Positions 28,294-39,201 of a DNA stretch of 64,000 nt are shown here, in pieces. The stretch is from contig CAWHAZ010000005.1 in NCBI GenBank assembly GCA_963827475.1, positions 1 through 64,000 of the forward strand, in the 5' to 3' direction. The notes beneath the pieces are model-generated. The model ran no database searches. It had not been told where the DNA came from and saw only the letters and a program-made list of their open reading frames with translations. Position numbers and translations under genes: made by a program. Numbering within the stretch: the stretch's first letter is position 1; every line of letters starts with the position of its first letter. The stretch is from an uncultured Chloroflexia bacterium. Lineage in GTDB: Bacteria > Chloroflexota > Limnocylindria > QHBO01.

Positions 28294-29066
28294 GGCGCCA
28301 CGAATCCGTACTCGGCCAGGATCGCCTGCCCGTCGGGACCGGCCAGCCAGTCGAGGAACGCCGCCGCCTCGGTCAGGTGGTCCGAATCGGCGATCACGCA
28401 GCCGGCGTAGACCGCATGGACGTTCGCCTCCTCGGGGATGGGGATGTCCAGGACCTCGGACGACGCCTGCGCATCGGTCTGGTACACGAACCCGGCGTCG
28501 CCTTCGCCGAGCTCGATCTTGGTCATGACCCCGCGGACGTTGTCCTCCTCGGAGACCACGTTGGCGGCGTAGGCGTCCGCGAATCCGGCCGGGTAGTCCG
28601 GCAGGGCGGCCAGGTTGGCCACGACGTCGGCGACATAGCCGGTGATCGGTACCTCGGGGCCGGCGGCGATGATCTGCACGCCCGCGGTGGCGAGGTCGGC
28701 CGGGGTCTGGATTCCCGCCGGGTTCTGCGAGCGGAACGACCAGGGCGATGGCATTTCCTGCGAACTCGACCGCTTCCTGCGCCAGCCCCGCTTGCACCAG
28801 GGCCGCGGGGTTCGCGGTGTCCGCCGAGAGGAACACGTCGGCCGGGGCGCCCTCCTCGATCTGGGTCCGCAGGGCGGTGGACGAGTCGGTGGCGATGACG
28901 AGGTCGATGCCCGGCACGGCGGCCTCGTACTCCTCCTCGATGGTCGCCAGCACGTCCGACAGGGAGGCGGCACCGAACACCGTCAGCTCCACGGTTTCGG
29001 CGGCCGACGGCTGGCATGCCGCGAGCAGCAGCGCGACGACCAGGATGCGCGCGACCGGGCGCTCAT
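28290..29066 (-). CDS. modA: Molybdate ABC transporter substrate-binding lipoprotein (frameshift)
   Basis: LLLAAC lipobox, VFGAASL, QIEEGAPADVFLSAD, GEGDAGFVYQTD. Confidence 0.9.
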
Positions 29067-29461
29067 CCCTCCGCGGGGATCTCCACGATGACGTTGGTGG
29101 CCTTCACCACGCCGATGGCCTCGTCGCCCACGGCGAGCCCCATGTCGTCGATGGCCTCGGCGGTCATCAGGCTCACGAGCCGATGGGGGCCGGCCTGGAT
29201 CTCGACCACCGCCGCCACGTTGTCGCGCTGGATCCGGGTCACGACTCCCGCGAAACGGTTGCGGGCTGACTGGGCCACGATCGGGCGGTCGGGAGCGGTC
29301 CGCCGCCGCTCGGCGAGGAGGCGCGTGACCTCGGCGAGGGGAATGCTCCGCTGCCCGCCCGCCGTGCGGACCGTTCGCAGCTGGTTCTCCCGCTCCCAGC
29401 GGCGCAGCGTGTCGACCGACACGCCCAACATCTCGGCTGCTTCGCCGATGCGAACTTCCAT
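29063..29461 (-). CDS. MerR/excisionase-type HTH plus TOBE molybdate-responsive regulator
   Basis: IGEAAEMLGVSVDTLRRW; SARNRFAG..VKATNV TOBE motif. Confidence 0.85.
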   Translation of the reverse strand: MEVRIGEAAEMLGVSVDTLRRWERENQLRTVRTAGGQRSIPLAEVTRLLAERRRTAPDRPIVAQSARNRFAGVVTRIQRDNVAAVVEIQAGPHRLVSLMTAEAIDDMGLAVGDEAIGVVKATNVIVEIPAEG

Positions 29462-29641
29462 ACCGATGAATGTAGCCGGTGACGGTCAGTGATGTCTAGG
29501 TATGTCGAAGTGTCCCGTTGGGCCCGATTCGCCGTTTCGGCAGCCTCATCGAGGGCCAAAAAGCCCGGCGGCTCGCCGATTGAGCCTCCGCCCGAACGGT
29601 CGTCTACCCTTCGACCATCACTCGCAGGGAAGGAAGCCACC

Positions 29642-30247
29642 ATGAAGCTGACCGCAATGATGTTCCTGACCGTGGACGGCGTGTACCAGGGCCCCGGAGG
29701 CCCCGACGAGGACCGGCGCGGCGGGTTCGACCGCGGCGGATGGCTGGCGCCGTACGCCAACGAGGAGACCTGGCGGTTCATCACCTCGGTGTACGAGCGC
29801 GCTGACGCGCTGCTCCTCGGGCGCAAGACCTGGGAGATCTGGGAGGCGTACTGGCCGCATCACGACGCGGGCGATCCGGTCTCCCACGGCATCAACGTGC
29901 TGCCCAAGTACGTGCCCTCGACCACGCTCACGGACCCGACGTGGCAGAACACCCACGTCATCGACGGCGACGTCGAGGCGGCGGTGCGCGAGCTCAAGGC
30001 GAAGCCCGGGCGCGAGCTCCAGGTCCATGGCAGCGGCGCCCTGCTGCGGTGGTTGCTCGAGCGCGACCTCGTCGACGAGCTCAACCTGCTGCTCTACCCC
30101 GTCGTGGTGGGCGACGGGCTGCGGCTCTTCCCGGAGCAGGGCCAGACGCACGACCTGACACTGGTCGAGTCGCGATCGACGCCGTCAGGCGTGACGATCC
30201 AGACCTATCGACCGGCCGGCCGCGCGACCTTCGGGACCGCCGGCTGA
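29642..30247 (+). CDS. Dihydrofolate reductase family (RibD C-terminal) protein
   Basis: TVDGVYQGPGGPDED, LLGRKTW, GSGAL, LVDEL..PVVVGDG. Confidence 0.85.
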   Translation: MKLTAMMFLTVDGVYQGPGGPDEDRRGGFDRGGWLAPYANEETWRFITSVYERADALLLGRKTWEIWEAYWPHHDAGDPVSHGINVLPKYVPSTTLTDPTWQNTHVIDGDVEAAVRELKAKPGRELQVHGSGALLRWLLERDLVDELNLLLYPVVVGDGLRLFPEQGQTHDLTLVESRSTPSGVTIQTYRPAGRATFGTAG

Positions 30248-30292
30248 GGCACGCGTTGACTCTATGAACAGCCGTTCCTATCGTTAGAGGCA

Positions 30293-30955
30293 ATGCACGA
30301 CGTTGATCGGGTCAGCCTGCTCGGCGAGCCCGTCCGCCGCCAGCTGTACGAGTTCGCCGCAGCCGCTGGTGGGGCGGTGGACCGCGACCAGGCTGCCGCG
30401 GCCATCGGCATCGGTCGTCCATTGGCGGCCTTTCATCTCGACCGCCTGGTCGAAGGGGGCCTGCTGGAGGTCGAGTACCGCCGTCGCTCCGGCCGGAGCG
30501 GGCCGGGGGCGGGGCGGCCCGCGAAGTTCTATCGGCGCCCGGGTGGCTCCCAGGTCGACATCTCGCTGCCGGCGCGCCGGTACGCGCTCGCGGCGGAGAT
30601 CCTGGCCGAGGGTCTGGACCGCGCCGCCGAGCCGAAGACCGTGGCCAGCGTCCAGGAAGCGGCCCGCACGGCCGGTCGCCGCCTGGCGGAGGATGCCGGC
30701 CCGGCGGGGAGCGATCGCGACCGCCTCCTCGAGGTCCTGACGGCCAACGGCTTCGAGCCCTTCGAGGAGGACGGGGTCATCCGCCTCCGGAACTGCCCGT
30801 TCGACGCCCTGGTCTCCGAGCACCGCGAGCTGACCTGCGGGTTGAACCTGGCGTTCCTCGAGTCGGTGGCTTCCACCCTGGCGGGCGCGCACCTCGCCGC
30901 GCGACGGCAGTCGCATCCGGGACTGTGCTGCGTGGAGTTTGCCCCCGAGGGCTGA
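30293..30955 (+). CDS. ArsR-like HTH regulator with C-terminal Cys motifs
   Basis: AAFHLDRLVEGGLL, GAGRPAKFY, LRNCPF, CGLN, CCV. Confidence 0.8.
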   Translation: MHDVDRVSLLGEPVRRQLYEFAAAAGGAVDRDQAAAAIGIGRPLAAFHLDRLVEGGLLEVEYRRRSGRSGPGAGRPAKFYRRPGGSQVDISLPARRYALAAEILAEGLDRAAEPKTVASVQEAARTAGRRLAEDAGPAGSDRDRLLEVLTANGFEPFEEDGVIRLRNCPFDALVSEHRELTCGLNLAFLESVASTLAGAHLAARRQSHPGLCCVEFAPEG

Positions 30956-30964
30956 CGCGGAGCG

Positions 30965-31808
30965 CTAGCGCGTTCGCAGGGGGCGAAACCGCGTCCGCAG
31001 TCCGGTGCGCGGTGACCTGGTAGAGGAGATCCGGACGGGGGAAGCCCCGCAGCCGGTGGCGACCGAGCGCCCGGAAGCCGACGCCCTCGGGCAGCCCCTC
31101 GGTCATGGCTTCTCGCGCGGAGCGCGACACCACGATCTGGCCGCCGTTGGCCGACTGGCACAGGCGCGCCGTGGCGTGGACCGACAGACCGATGTAGTGG
31201 CCGTCGGCCAGGGTCGGATGGCCGCGATGGACGCCGATCCGCACCTTCACCGGCCGCTTGCTCGGCCACTCCTTGTCCGCCATCCGTTGCTGGATCATCA
31301 CCGCCGCATCGCACGCGGCGGGGGCGGTGGCGAAGACCCCGAGGAACTCGTCGGCGTGGACCTCCACCTCGTGCCCTCCGGCCTTGCGCACCTTCTCGCG
31401 GATGAGCCGCCGAACGTCGGACAGCATCGGCCCGTAGGCATCGCCCAGCTCGGCCAGGAGCCCGGTGGAGCCCTCGACATCGGTCATGAGGAAGGTGACC
31501 GTCCCGGACGGCAGGCTCGCGTGTCGGCGATCCTGGGCCTCGTTCCGACCACGGGTCCGTTCCTTGCGCAGCTGGGACTGGATGAAGCCCACCGGGACCA
31601 CGCCGTACTTGCGCGCCGCCTTCAGCAGGCGGGTCCGGGCCTCGTCCCGCGCCGCCTCGGACTCGAACTGGACCTGGTTGAAGCGCGAGAGGGCGGAGCG
31701 GACGTGCGCCTCGTCGAAGATCGGCAGCCGGCGCTTCCCGCGCGAGTCGATGTAGGCGAACGCGCTCTTCGGCATCTTCGCCCGCTGGGCTTCGGTGAGC
31801 TTGGTCAC
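30965..31808 (-). CDS. Class III adenylate/guanylate cyclase with N-terminal DUF6582-like domain (3' end frameshifted)
   Basis: MPKSAFAY..RRLPIFDEAHVRSALSRFNQ; LPSGTVTFLMTDVEGST, ADEF, VRIGVH, ARLCQSANGGQI. Confidence 0.8.
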
Positions 31809-31814
31809 GGGTCC

Positions 31815-32511
31815 CTACTCCGCCGCCAGCGCGGCGAGGGTGGCGAGGTCGGGGACCTCGAGACTGGGGGTGGCGTCGGCGGGCGGCGTGGCGCCGGATC
31901 CGGGCCGATCGTGGCGGCGGTTGACCCAGACCGTGGCCAGCCCCAGCGCCTGGGCCGGCACGTGGTCGTGGTACAGGCTCTGGGCGACATGGAGGACCCG
32001 CTCGGGCGGGACGTCGATCGCCTTCAGGGCGACGAGGAACGGCGCGTGGCTCGGCTTGTAGTCCTGTGCCTGCTCGGCCGTGATGGCCCACTCGAACGGC
32101 ACCCCGAGGCGGGCGGCGGAGGCGGCGAACAGGTCGTCGTCGCAGTTCGTGATCACGCCCAGCCGGAAGCGACTCGGCGAGCTGCGGCAGGGCGTCGGCC
32201 GAGTCGGGGAACGGCGGCCAGTCGGGAACCGACTCGGCGAAGGTGGCCAGCTCCTCCGCGGTCACCTCCACCCCCAGCTCGTCCGCCACGCCGCCGAGCG
32301 ACCCGGACAGGACCGCGCGGTATGGCTGCCACGGACCGCTCTCCAGCACGGCCTCGTGCCGCGCGTAGCGCTCGAGGACCTCGTCATCGGTCAGGGTCAC
32401 GTCATGCGCGGCGAGGATCGGCTGCGCGGCGCCGAGGATGCCGGCCTCCCAATCGATGAGGGTCCCGTAGCAGTCGAAGGTCAGGACCTCGAACTGGCCG
32501 AGGTCGAGCAC
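31815..32511 (-). CDS. Haloacid dehalogenase type II (frameshift)
   Basis: LTFDCYGTLIDWE, ITNCD, YKP, HVAQSLYHD. Confidence 0.85.
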
Positions 32512-33516
32512 TAGAGGCGGACGCGGGCCGGCTGGTTCGTGTCGAACATGTGGACGGTGTCCACGAAGCGGACCTTGCCCTCGGCCCGGCTCATGACCAG
32601 GGAGTGGGTCCGGGCGCCGCCGCCGAAGAATCGGACGCCGCGCAGCAGCTCCCCGTCGGTCACGCCCGTGGCGCAGAAGACGACGTTCTCGCCGCTCGCC
32701 AGGTCGTTCGGTGCGGTACACGCGGTCGGCGTCGTCCACGTCCACGCCCATCTCGCGGGCACGTTCGCGCTCCTCGTCCGACCGCCACCGGAACTGGGCC
32801 TGGATCTCCCCGCCAAGGCATTTCAGGGCCGCCGCAGTGAGCACCCCCTCCGGCGCTCCGCCAGTCCCCATCACCGCGTGGACGCCGGTCCCCGAGACGG
32901 CGGCGCTGATGCCGGCGGTGAGGTCGCCGTCCGGGATGAGCTTGATCCGCGCCCCGCTCTCGCGCAGCTCGTCGATCAGCTCCTCGTGGCGGGGCCGGTC
33001 GAGGACCACGACCGTGATGTCCGACACCGCCCGTCCGAGGCTGGTGGCAATGATCCGGATGGTGGCGTCCACCGGGTCGGTGATGTTGACGTTGCCGGCC
33101 GCGCCGGGCCCCACGACCAGCTTGCGCAGGTACGTGTCAGGCGCGTGCATGAGTCCGCCCGGCTCCGACGCGGCGAGCACGGTGATGCTGTTCGGCGCCC
33201 CGTTGGCGACGAGGTTGGTGCCCTCCAGCGGGTCCACCGCGATGTCGATCATGACCGCCGCCTCGGGGTTCCCCACCTGCTCGCCGATGAACAGCATCGG
33301 CGCCTCGTCCCGCTCGCCCTCGCCGATGACGATGGTGCCGCTGAGGTCCGCGTCCTCCATCGCGTGGCGCATGGCCTCGACCGCCGCCCGGTCGGCGCCG
33401 TGGCGGTCACCGCGGCCCATCTGGCGGGCGGCGGCCAGCGCCGCCGCCTCGGTCGCGGCCATGGCCTCATCGGTGATCAGTTTGTGCCGCTCGGGTGCCT
33501 TCGGCTCGTCCGTCAT
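32511..33516 (-). CDS. glpX: Fructose-1,6-bisphosphatase class II (frameshift)
   Basis: [43 protein letters not shown]. Confidence 0.93.
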
Positions 33517-33533
33517 CGGTCAGTCGGTATCGG

Positions 33534-35001
33534 TCAGTGCCGGAAGTGCCGGCGGCCGGTGAAGACCATGGCCATATGGTGACGGTCGGCGACCTCGATG
33601 GCCATCTCGTCCCGCGCGCTGCCGCCGGGCTGGATGATGGCGGTGACCCCCGCCTGGGCCGCCAGCTGGATGCCGTCGGGGAACGGGAAGTAGGCGTCGG
33701 AGGCCATCACGCTGAGCGGGGCCCGCTCGCCGGCCTTGCGCAGCGCGATTTCCACGCTGACCACCCGTGACGGCTGGCCGGCGCCCATCCCGATCATCAC
33801 GTGGCGCTTGGTGAGGACCACCGCGTTGGAATGGACGTGGCTGACCACCCGCCACGCGAACAGGAGGTCGGTCAGCTCCTCGAGGGTCGGGTGGCGCTGG
33901 GTGACGACCTGGAGCTCGTCGCGGTCCTCCTCGATCGAGTCACCGGTCTGGACCAGCAGCCCGCCACCGATCCGCTTGAGGTCCATCTCGCCGGGGTTCG
34001 ACCCCGCGCCGTCCTCCGGCGGCACCTCCACGATCTCGAAGCCCTCCTTGGCGCCGAGGATGGCGAGGGCCGGGGCCGAGTAGCCGGGGGCGACGATGGC
34101 CTCGAAGAAGCCGGGCTCGATGGCTCGCGCGGTGGGCTCGTCCACGACCCGGTTGGCACCGATGATCCCGCCGTACGAGGCGACGCTGTCGCCCTCCAGC
34201 GCGAGACGGAACGCATCGGCCAGGTCCACGACCGATGCCAGGCCGGTCGGGTTGCCGTGCTTGACGATCGTCACCGTCGGGGTCTTGAAGTCCGATGCGA
34301 TGCGCCACGCCGCGTCGAGGTCGAGCAGGTTGTTGAACGACAGGTCCTTGCCCGCGATCTGGCGGGCCTGGCTGATCACCGCCCCGTTGTGGTCGTAGTC
34401 GGCGTAGAACGCGCCCTGCTGCTGCGGGATTCTCGCCGTACCGCAGGTCCGCCTTCTTCTCGAACACCAGCGTCAGGCGGGCGGGGAATATGGTCCCGGC
34501 CTGGCGATTGAGGTCGGTGGCGATCTGCGCGTCCCGTGCGGCAAGCAGCCCGTAGGCCTCGGCCGCGAGCTTCTGCCGCGTCTCGGCGGTGACCTCCTGG
34601 TCCCGCTTCACGTCGCGCAGGACGGTGGCGTACTGGGTCGGGCTGCTGACCGCGGCCACCGACGCGTGGTTCGCGGCGGCCGCGCGCAGGAGCGCGGCCT
34701 CGGACAGGTCCGCGGGCGGTGGCCCGCCGGCGGGGGGTTCGAGGTTGAGGACCACGATGTCCGCCGGCTCGACGCCCTTCTGGGCAAGGGCCGCCATCTC
34801 GTCCCCGCGGTCGCGTCGCGCGCTCACCGCACGCAGGAGGTCCGCGTCGGCCAGATCGGGGAGCAGGTCGACCTCGATCCCGGCCTCGGCGAGGTGGGCG
34901 CGGGTCTCCTCGGTCGCGACGCACTGGATTCCTGCTTCCTGGAGACCGCGCGTCAGCTCGGTGATCCCTTCGCGGTCCGAGACGGAGAGGAGGGCGCGCA
35001 A
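33534..35001 (-). CDS. purH: Bifunctional AICAR transformylase/IMP cyclohydrolase (frameshift about 34430)
   Basis: RALLSVSD, LRYGENP, LSFNNLLD, KHGNP, SNA, GAGQPSR, ASDAYFPFPD, IQPGGS, FTGRRHFRH. Confidence 0.92.
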
Positions 35002-35196
35002 GCAGGGGACCTCGTGTCATGTCCTGCCCGCGGGGCGTGCTGCGGCCGCCCCCGCGTCAGTGTCGCGAGTATATCCGCGCTTCCGGCCGTCGAGATTGTG
35101 AATCTCCAGAACCGCAGGGATCGTCGTCAGCGCTCTGGCTCGGAGAGGTCGTGCACTTCGACTGAGCCGGGGCACGCTGCTAGACTCGCGCGCCTG

Positions 35197-35616
35197 ATGG
35201 AACTGCTCTTCGACCCCCTGAGCCCGACGACATTCGCGAACCTCTTCACCCTGCTCTGGGTGGCGGCGCTCGTGATCTGCATCGGTGCCTCGGTCGTGTA
35301 CTGGATCGCGCAGCGCCGATATCGCCGCTACCCGGTCCACATGGCGATGCACGAGTGGGTGTACTGGAGCATCTTCGTGGCCTGGATCATGGTCCCGCTG
35401 CTGGCGGTGATCCACGTGCCCCTGTTCGTGGTCCTGGCGATCGTGATCCCGGGCATGGCGATGGCGGCCTTCGGTGCGTTCCTGCGCTATCCACCGCGGA
35501 TCGCGGCCGCCAACAACGACCTGCGGCGCCATCGGTACGTGCCGCCGCCGCGCCGCGAGGTGAAGGCCCGCGCAAAGCCGACCCCCGCCGGCAGCCGCAA
35601 GACCCACCGCCGGTAG
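35197..35616 (+). CDS. Hypothetical membrane protein
   Basis: MELLFDPLSP; three TM segments and a basic tail. Confidence 0.6.
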   Translation: MELLFDPLSPTTFANLFTLLWVAALVICIGASVVYWIAQRRYRRYPVHMAMHEWVYWSIFVAWIMVPLLAVIHVPLFVVLAIVIPGMAMAAFGAFLRYPPRIAAANNDLRRHRYVPPPRREVKARAKPTPAGSRKTHRR

Positions 35617-35746
35617 CTCCGTAGTGGCGGCTTCCGCCCGACCGTTGTGACGGAAATGCAACGGAAAGGGCGCGCCCGCTAGCCACTCCCGTGGCACGCC
35701 ACCCGGAGACTGGCTTCCGGTTCCCAAAAGAGGAACGTGGAGGAAA

Positions 35747-36022
35747 GTGATGAGCATTCTTGCGTGGATCGTGCTTGGCGCGATCGCCGGCTACCTGGCC
35801 GGATTCCTCGTCCGTGGCGACGAGGGGATGGGTGTGATCGGGCACATCCTGCTCGGCATCGTCGGCGCCCTGGTCGGTGGATTCCTGGCAGGCGCTCTGT
35901 TCGGGGCCGACCCGATCAATGGCGCGCTGGACATCTCCTCGATCGTGGTCGCCACGATCGGAGCGGTCCTGACCGTGTGGGTCGTGAACATGTTCCGCAG
36001 CCGCGGCAGCGCGTCGGTCTAG
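35747..36022 (+). CDS. GlsB/YeaQ/YmgE family stress-response membrane protein
   Basis: ILAWIVLGAIAGYLA..ILLGIVGALVGG..VATIGAV. Confidence 0.9.
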   Translation: MMSILAWIVLGAIAGYLAGFLVRGDEGMGVIGHILLGIVGALVGGFLAGALFGADPINGALDISSIVVATIGAVLTVWVVNMFRSRGSASV

Positions 36023-36044
36023 CACCGCCAGACCCCAATTTCAT

Positions 36045-36075
36045 ACGCCGGCAGGGGACCCTCCCTGCCGGCGTT
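36045..36075 (+). terminator. GC-rich hairpin, probable terminator
   Basis: acgccggcaggg..ccctgccggcgt inverted repeat after the GlsB-family gene. Confidence 0.55.
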
Positions 36076-36104
36076 CCGTATCCGGTGACCTCGGACGTAC
36101 CGGC

Positions 36105-37652
36105 ATGCCCGTAACGGGAAATGCAATTGCGTTGCCCAATCGTGCGGCGCAGACTCCGCCCGTGGGTCGCTATCGGGTTGCCCGGATTCCGGCTCTCGCG
36201 CTCGCCCTCGCCATTCCGGCCGGTGCGGCCGCGTTGATTCTGGTGGGGGATTTCTCCATCCGACGCGACGTCGGCCTGATGGTGGCGGTCGCCGTCGTGC
36301 TCCTTGTCGCCTGGCTGGGCGGGATCTGGCCGGCCCTCTTCGCCATGGCGCTGTCTGGCGCCCTCCTGGCGGGCCCCCTGTCATCCGTTTTCGATCCGCC
36401 GATCGATGGGTGGAGCCTCTTCCTGTTCGCTGTCGCCGGCTTGACCGCGACCGTCGTCGTGGAGTCGCTGTACCGGTCCCGTTGGAGGGTCGAGGCCGCG
36501 CGCGACCGGGCGCGCGATTCGCGTCGCGCCGAGCACGCCCTCCGTGCCGAGCTGGAGTCGATCGTGGGTGGCATCGGAGACGGCATCCTCGTCGCCGACG
36601 CCAACGGCTCCGTGACGCTCATGAACGGGGCCGCCCGAGAGATCCTGGGAGGCAGGACGAAGAAGGCTTCGGAGTTCGTCGACCTGATCGCTCGCGGCGA
36701 GAACGGGGTGAGCAGCGCGGCCGAGATGTTCGAGGCGGAGGGTCCCGTCAGCGGAGAGTTCCAGCTGGCTGCGGTCGACCGGCGGATCGAAGTCTCCGCG
36801 TTTCCGCTCCTGACCGAGGGCGCACCGACCCGACGGGTGTTCGTCATTCGCGACGTGACCGAGGCCCGACGTCGTGACCTCCTCCGCGACGCATTCCTCA
36901 GCCTCCTGTCTCACGAGCTGCGGACGCCGATGACGGCCGTGTACGGTGGCGCGACGCTCCTCCAGCGGGTGGGTGACAGCCTCGATCCAGCGACGCGGAA
37001 TGAGATCCGGGCGGACATCGTTGCCGAGGCCGAACGCCTGTCGCGGCTGATCGATGACCTGCTCGTCCTCACCAGAGTCGAGGGCGGGGTGGAGGACGTC
37101 CAGAACGAGCCAGCCCTGCTTCAGCACATCGTTGGCGAGGTCATCGAGCGAGGCCGGCGGGGGTTCGGACCGACAAAGATCGAGCTCACGATCAAAGCCA
37201 ACCTCGCGCCGGTGAAAGGCGACGAGACCAGCATCCGGCAGGTCACCCACAACCTCATCTCGAACGCCATCAAGTACAGCCCACCGGGGTCGGTGGTCGA
37301 GGTCCACATCGAGGCCCAGCCAGACGAGGTGCAGGTCCGGGTCCTCGACCGTGGGCGCGGCCTGTCCACCGAGGAGGCGAACCACGTGTTCGAGCCCTTC
37401 TACCGCGCAAAGGGCACCGAGCGGCTGGCGACGGGGATCGGCATCGGTCTGTTCGTCTCGCAGCGCCTGGTGGAAGCCATGGGTGGTCGGATCTGGACCC
37501 GACCGCGGGATGGGGGAGGCACCGAGTTCGGATTCGCGCTGCAGACCTGGCCGATGGACGATCCCGATGAGGAGCCGATGGGTGACGAGGGGCAGCCCGA
37601 ATTGGAGCTGACCCGTACCGCTGCCCGCGGCGCCGACCGAACGCCGGAGTGA
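36105..37652 (+). CDS. Sensor histidine kinase (DUF4118-like TM, PAS, HisKA, HATPase)
   Basis: SHELRTPMT, NLISNAIKYS, DRGRG, FEPFYR, GIGIGL. Confidence 0.9.
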   Translation: MPVTGNAIALPNRAAQTPPVGRYRVARIPALALALAIPAGAAALILVGDFSIRRDVGLMVAVAVVLLVAWLGGIWPALFAMALSGALLAGPLSSVFDPPIDGWSLFLFAVAGLTATVVVESLYRSRWRVEAARDRARDSRRAEHALRAELESIVGGIGDGILVADANGSVTLMNGAAREILGGRTKKASEFVDLIARGENGVSSAAEMFEAEGPVSGEFQLAAVDRRIEVSAFPLLTEGAPTRRVFVIRDVTEARRRDLLRDAFLSLLSHELRTPMTAVYGGATLLQRVGDSLDPATRNEIRADIVAEAERLSRLIDDLLVLTRVEGGVEDVQNEPALLQHIVGEVIERGRRGFGPTKIELTIKANLAPVKGDETSIRQVTHNLISNAIKYSPPGSVVEVHIEAQPDEVQVRVLDRGRGLSTEEANHVFEPFYRAKGTERLATGIGIGLFVSQRLVEAMGGRIWTRPRDGGGTEFGFALQTWPMDDPDEEPMGDEGQPELELTRTAARGADRTPE

Positions 37653-37963
37653 GCACGGCCGCGGTCACCCTGTACATCGACGCCTCGCTCGTGACCGATG
37701 GCCGTTCGGAGGCTCTCGCGCTGGCATCCGATCTGGGTTTCGAGACGGTGGTCGTAGCCGAGGTCGACGACGTGCCCGAAACCCTCGGCTACGCCTGGCA
37801 CCTCACCGGCGTCCAGCCCAGGGCGGGCTCACCGCGCTGGGGCCGCACCGTGCTGATCGGACCGCGCCAGGAACCGGGCCGGGTGGCCGTGAGCGGACTG
37901 CGGACGGCTCGCGACCTCCGCCTCGCCCTCCTCGAGCTGGCCTCGGAGCACGCGTCGGACTGA
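37649..37963 (+). CDS. Hypothetical protein
   Basis: 104-aa ORF whose start overlaps the kinase stop codon (GTGA). Confidence 0.5.
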   Translation: MSTAAVTLYIDASLVTDGRSEALALASDLGFETVVVAEVDDVPETLGYAWHLTGVQPRAGSPRWGRTVLIGPRQEPGRVAVSGLRTARDLRLALLELASEHASD

Positions 37964-38071
37964 CACGCGGCTGCAATGTCCGCGTTCGGGCGCTCAAGCG
38001 CGCCTGCGACATCGAAGAGGCGACGATCTCCCGGTTCCGAAATTTTGCGATTCGCACCTTGGGAGATCGAC

Positions 38072-38346
38072 ATGACCGATTCGCAGCCCTCGGGCCAGCA
38101 GCCCTCGGGCCAGCAGCCGCCCTCCGGCCAGCCGCCGGTCGTGGTGCAGAACAACCAGGACGGTGGCGGTGGCGGCAGCACCCGGCGTAGTGGCCGCTGT
38201 CGTGATCGTGGCGCTTGATCCTGGTCGGGATCTGGTGGTTCGGGTTCGGCCCGGGCACCGGTGGCGGGACGACGACGCCGACCGATGGCGGAGAGGCTCC
38301 GCCGGCCTCGACCGCACCAATCGAGTCCGCCCCGGCGTCCCAGTAG
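38072..38346 (+). CDS. Small Q/P-rich membrane protein (frameshifts)
   Basis: GGAG RBS; MTDSQPSGQQPSGQQPPSGQPPVVVQNNQDGGGG, then hydrophobic GVVAAVVIVAL. Confidence 0.45.
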
Positions 38347-38445
38347 GACGCGTCATCGGGAGGGGGGCATTTGATACCGCTGCGACCCAGGACGGGGGGT
38401 CGCAGCGGTCTTTTCGTTAAGGTTGGCGGAGTTGGAGGTGTCTAG

Positions 38446-39201
38446 GTGGGCGCACAACCACTGGTCCTCGTCGCGGATGACGAGCCGCGGATCACCAAGC
38501 TGGTCGCTGTCGCCCTGAGCGAGGAGGGCTTCCGGGTCGTGACCGCTGGCAGCGGTCAGGAGGCGATCGCTGCCGCGGAGGAATACCGGCCGGACATCGT
38601 GCTGCTGGACATCGTCATGCCCGATCTGGACGGGATCGAGGTCATGCGCGAGCTGCAGCAGCGCCAGCCGGTGCCGGTGATCCTGCTCACCGCACGCGGC
38701 TCCACGTCGGACAAGGCCAAGGGCCTGGACCTGGGCGCGGACGACTACATCGCCAAGCCCTTCCACCCCGACGAGCTGGCGGCCCGCGTCCGCGCCGTGC
38801 TGCGCCGCTCCGCCGGCGTGGCGCCCCAGGCCGGCATCCTGAAGTTTGACGACATCGAGATCGACCTCGAGCGCCGGATGGTCCACAAGGACGGCCAGCT
38901 GGTCCATCTCTCCCGGACCGAGTGGCTCCTCCTCCAGCACCTTGCCGCCAACGCGGGGAAGGTCGTCGTCCACAGCGAGCTGCTGACCAAGGTCTGGGGC
39001 CCCGAGTACCGCGACGACGTCCAGTACCTGCGCGTCTGGATCAGCCGCGTGCGCCGCAAGCTCGGCTCCGCGCCGGGCGACATGGGCCGGATCAAGACCT
39101 TCCAGGGGATCGGCTACCTGCTCGACGTCGAGCCGCCGACCGAGCCGATAGAGGCACCACCCGCCGAGGCCGTCGAGGCGATCACCGCGCCCGACGCCTA
39201 G
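38446..39201 (+). CDS. OmpR-family (KdpE-like) response regulator
   Basis: VADDE, LLDIVMPD, GADDYIAKPF, VWGPEY..YLRVWISRVRRKL, GIGY. Confidence 0.9.
   Translation: MGAQPLVLVADDEPRITKLVAVALSEEGFRVVTAGSGQEAIAAAEEYRPDIVLLDIVMPDLDGIEVMRELQQRQPVPVILLTARGSTSDKAKGLDLGADDYIAKPFHPDELAARVRAVLRRSAGVAPQAGILKFDDIEIDLERRMVHKDGQLVHLSRTEWLLLQHLAANAGKVVVHSELLTKVWGPEYRDDVQYLRVWISRVRRKLGSAPGDMGRIKTFQGIGYLLDVEPPTEPIEAPPAEAVEAITAPDA

Noticed and set aside
30529-33516. 995-aa apparent GlpX-HAD fusion
   Set aside because: Produced by a frameshift near 32710; glpX has its own C-terminus and stop at 32511, where the HAD gene starts.
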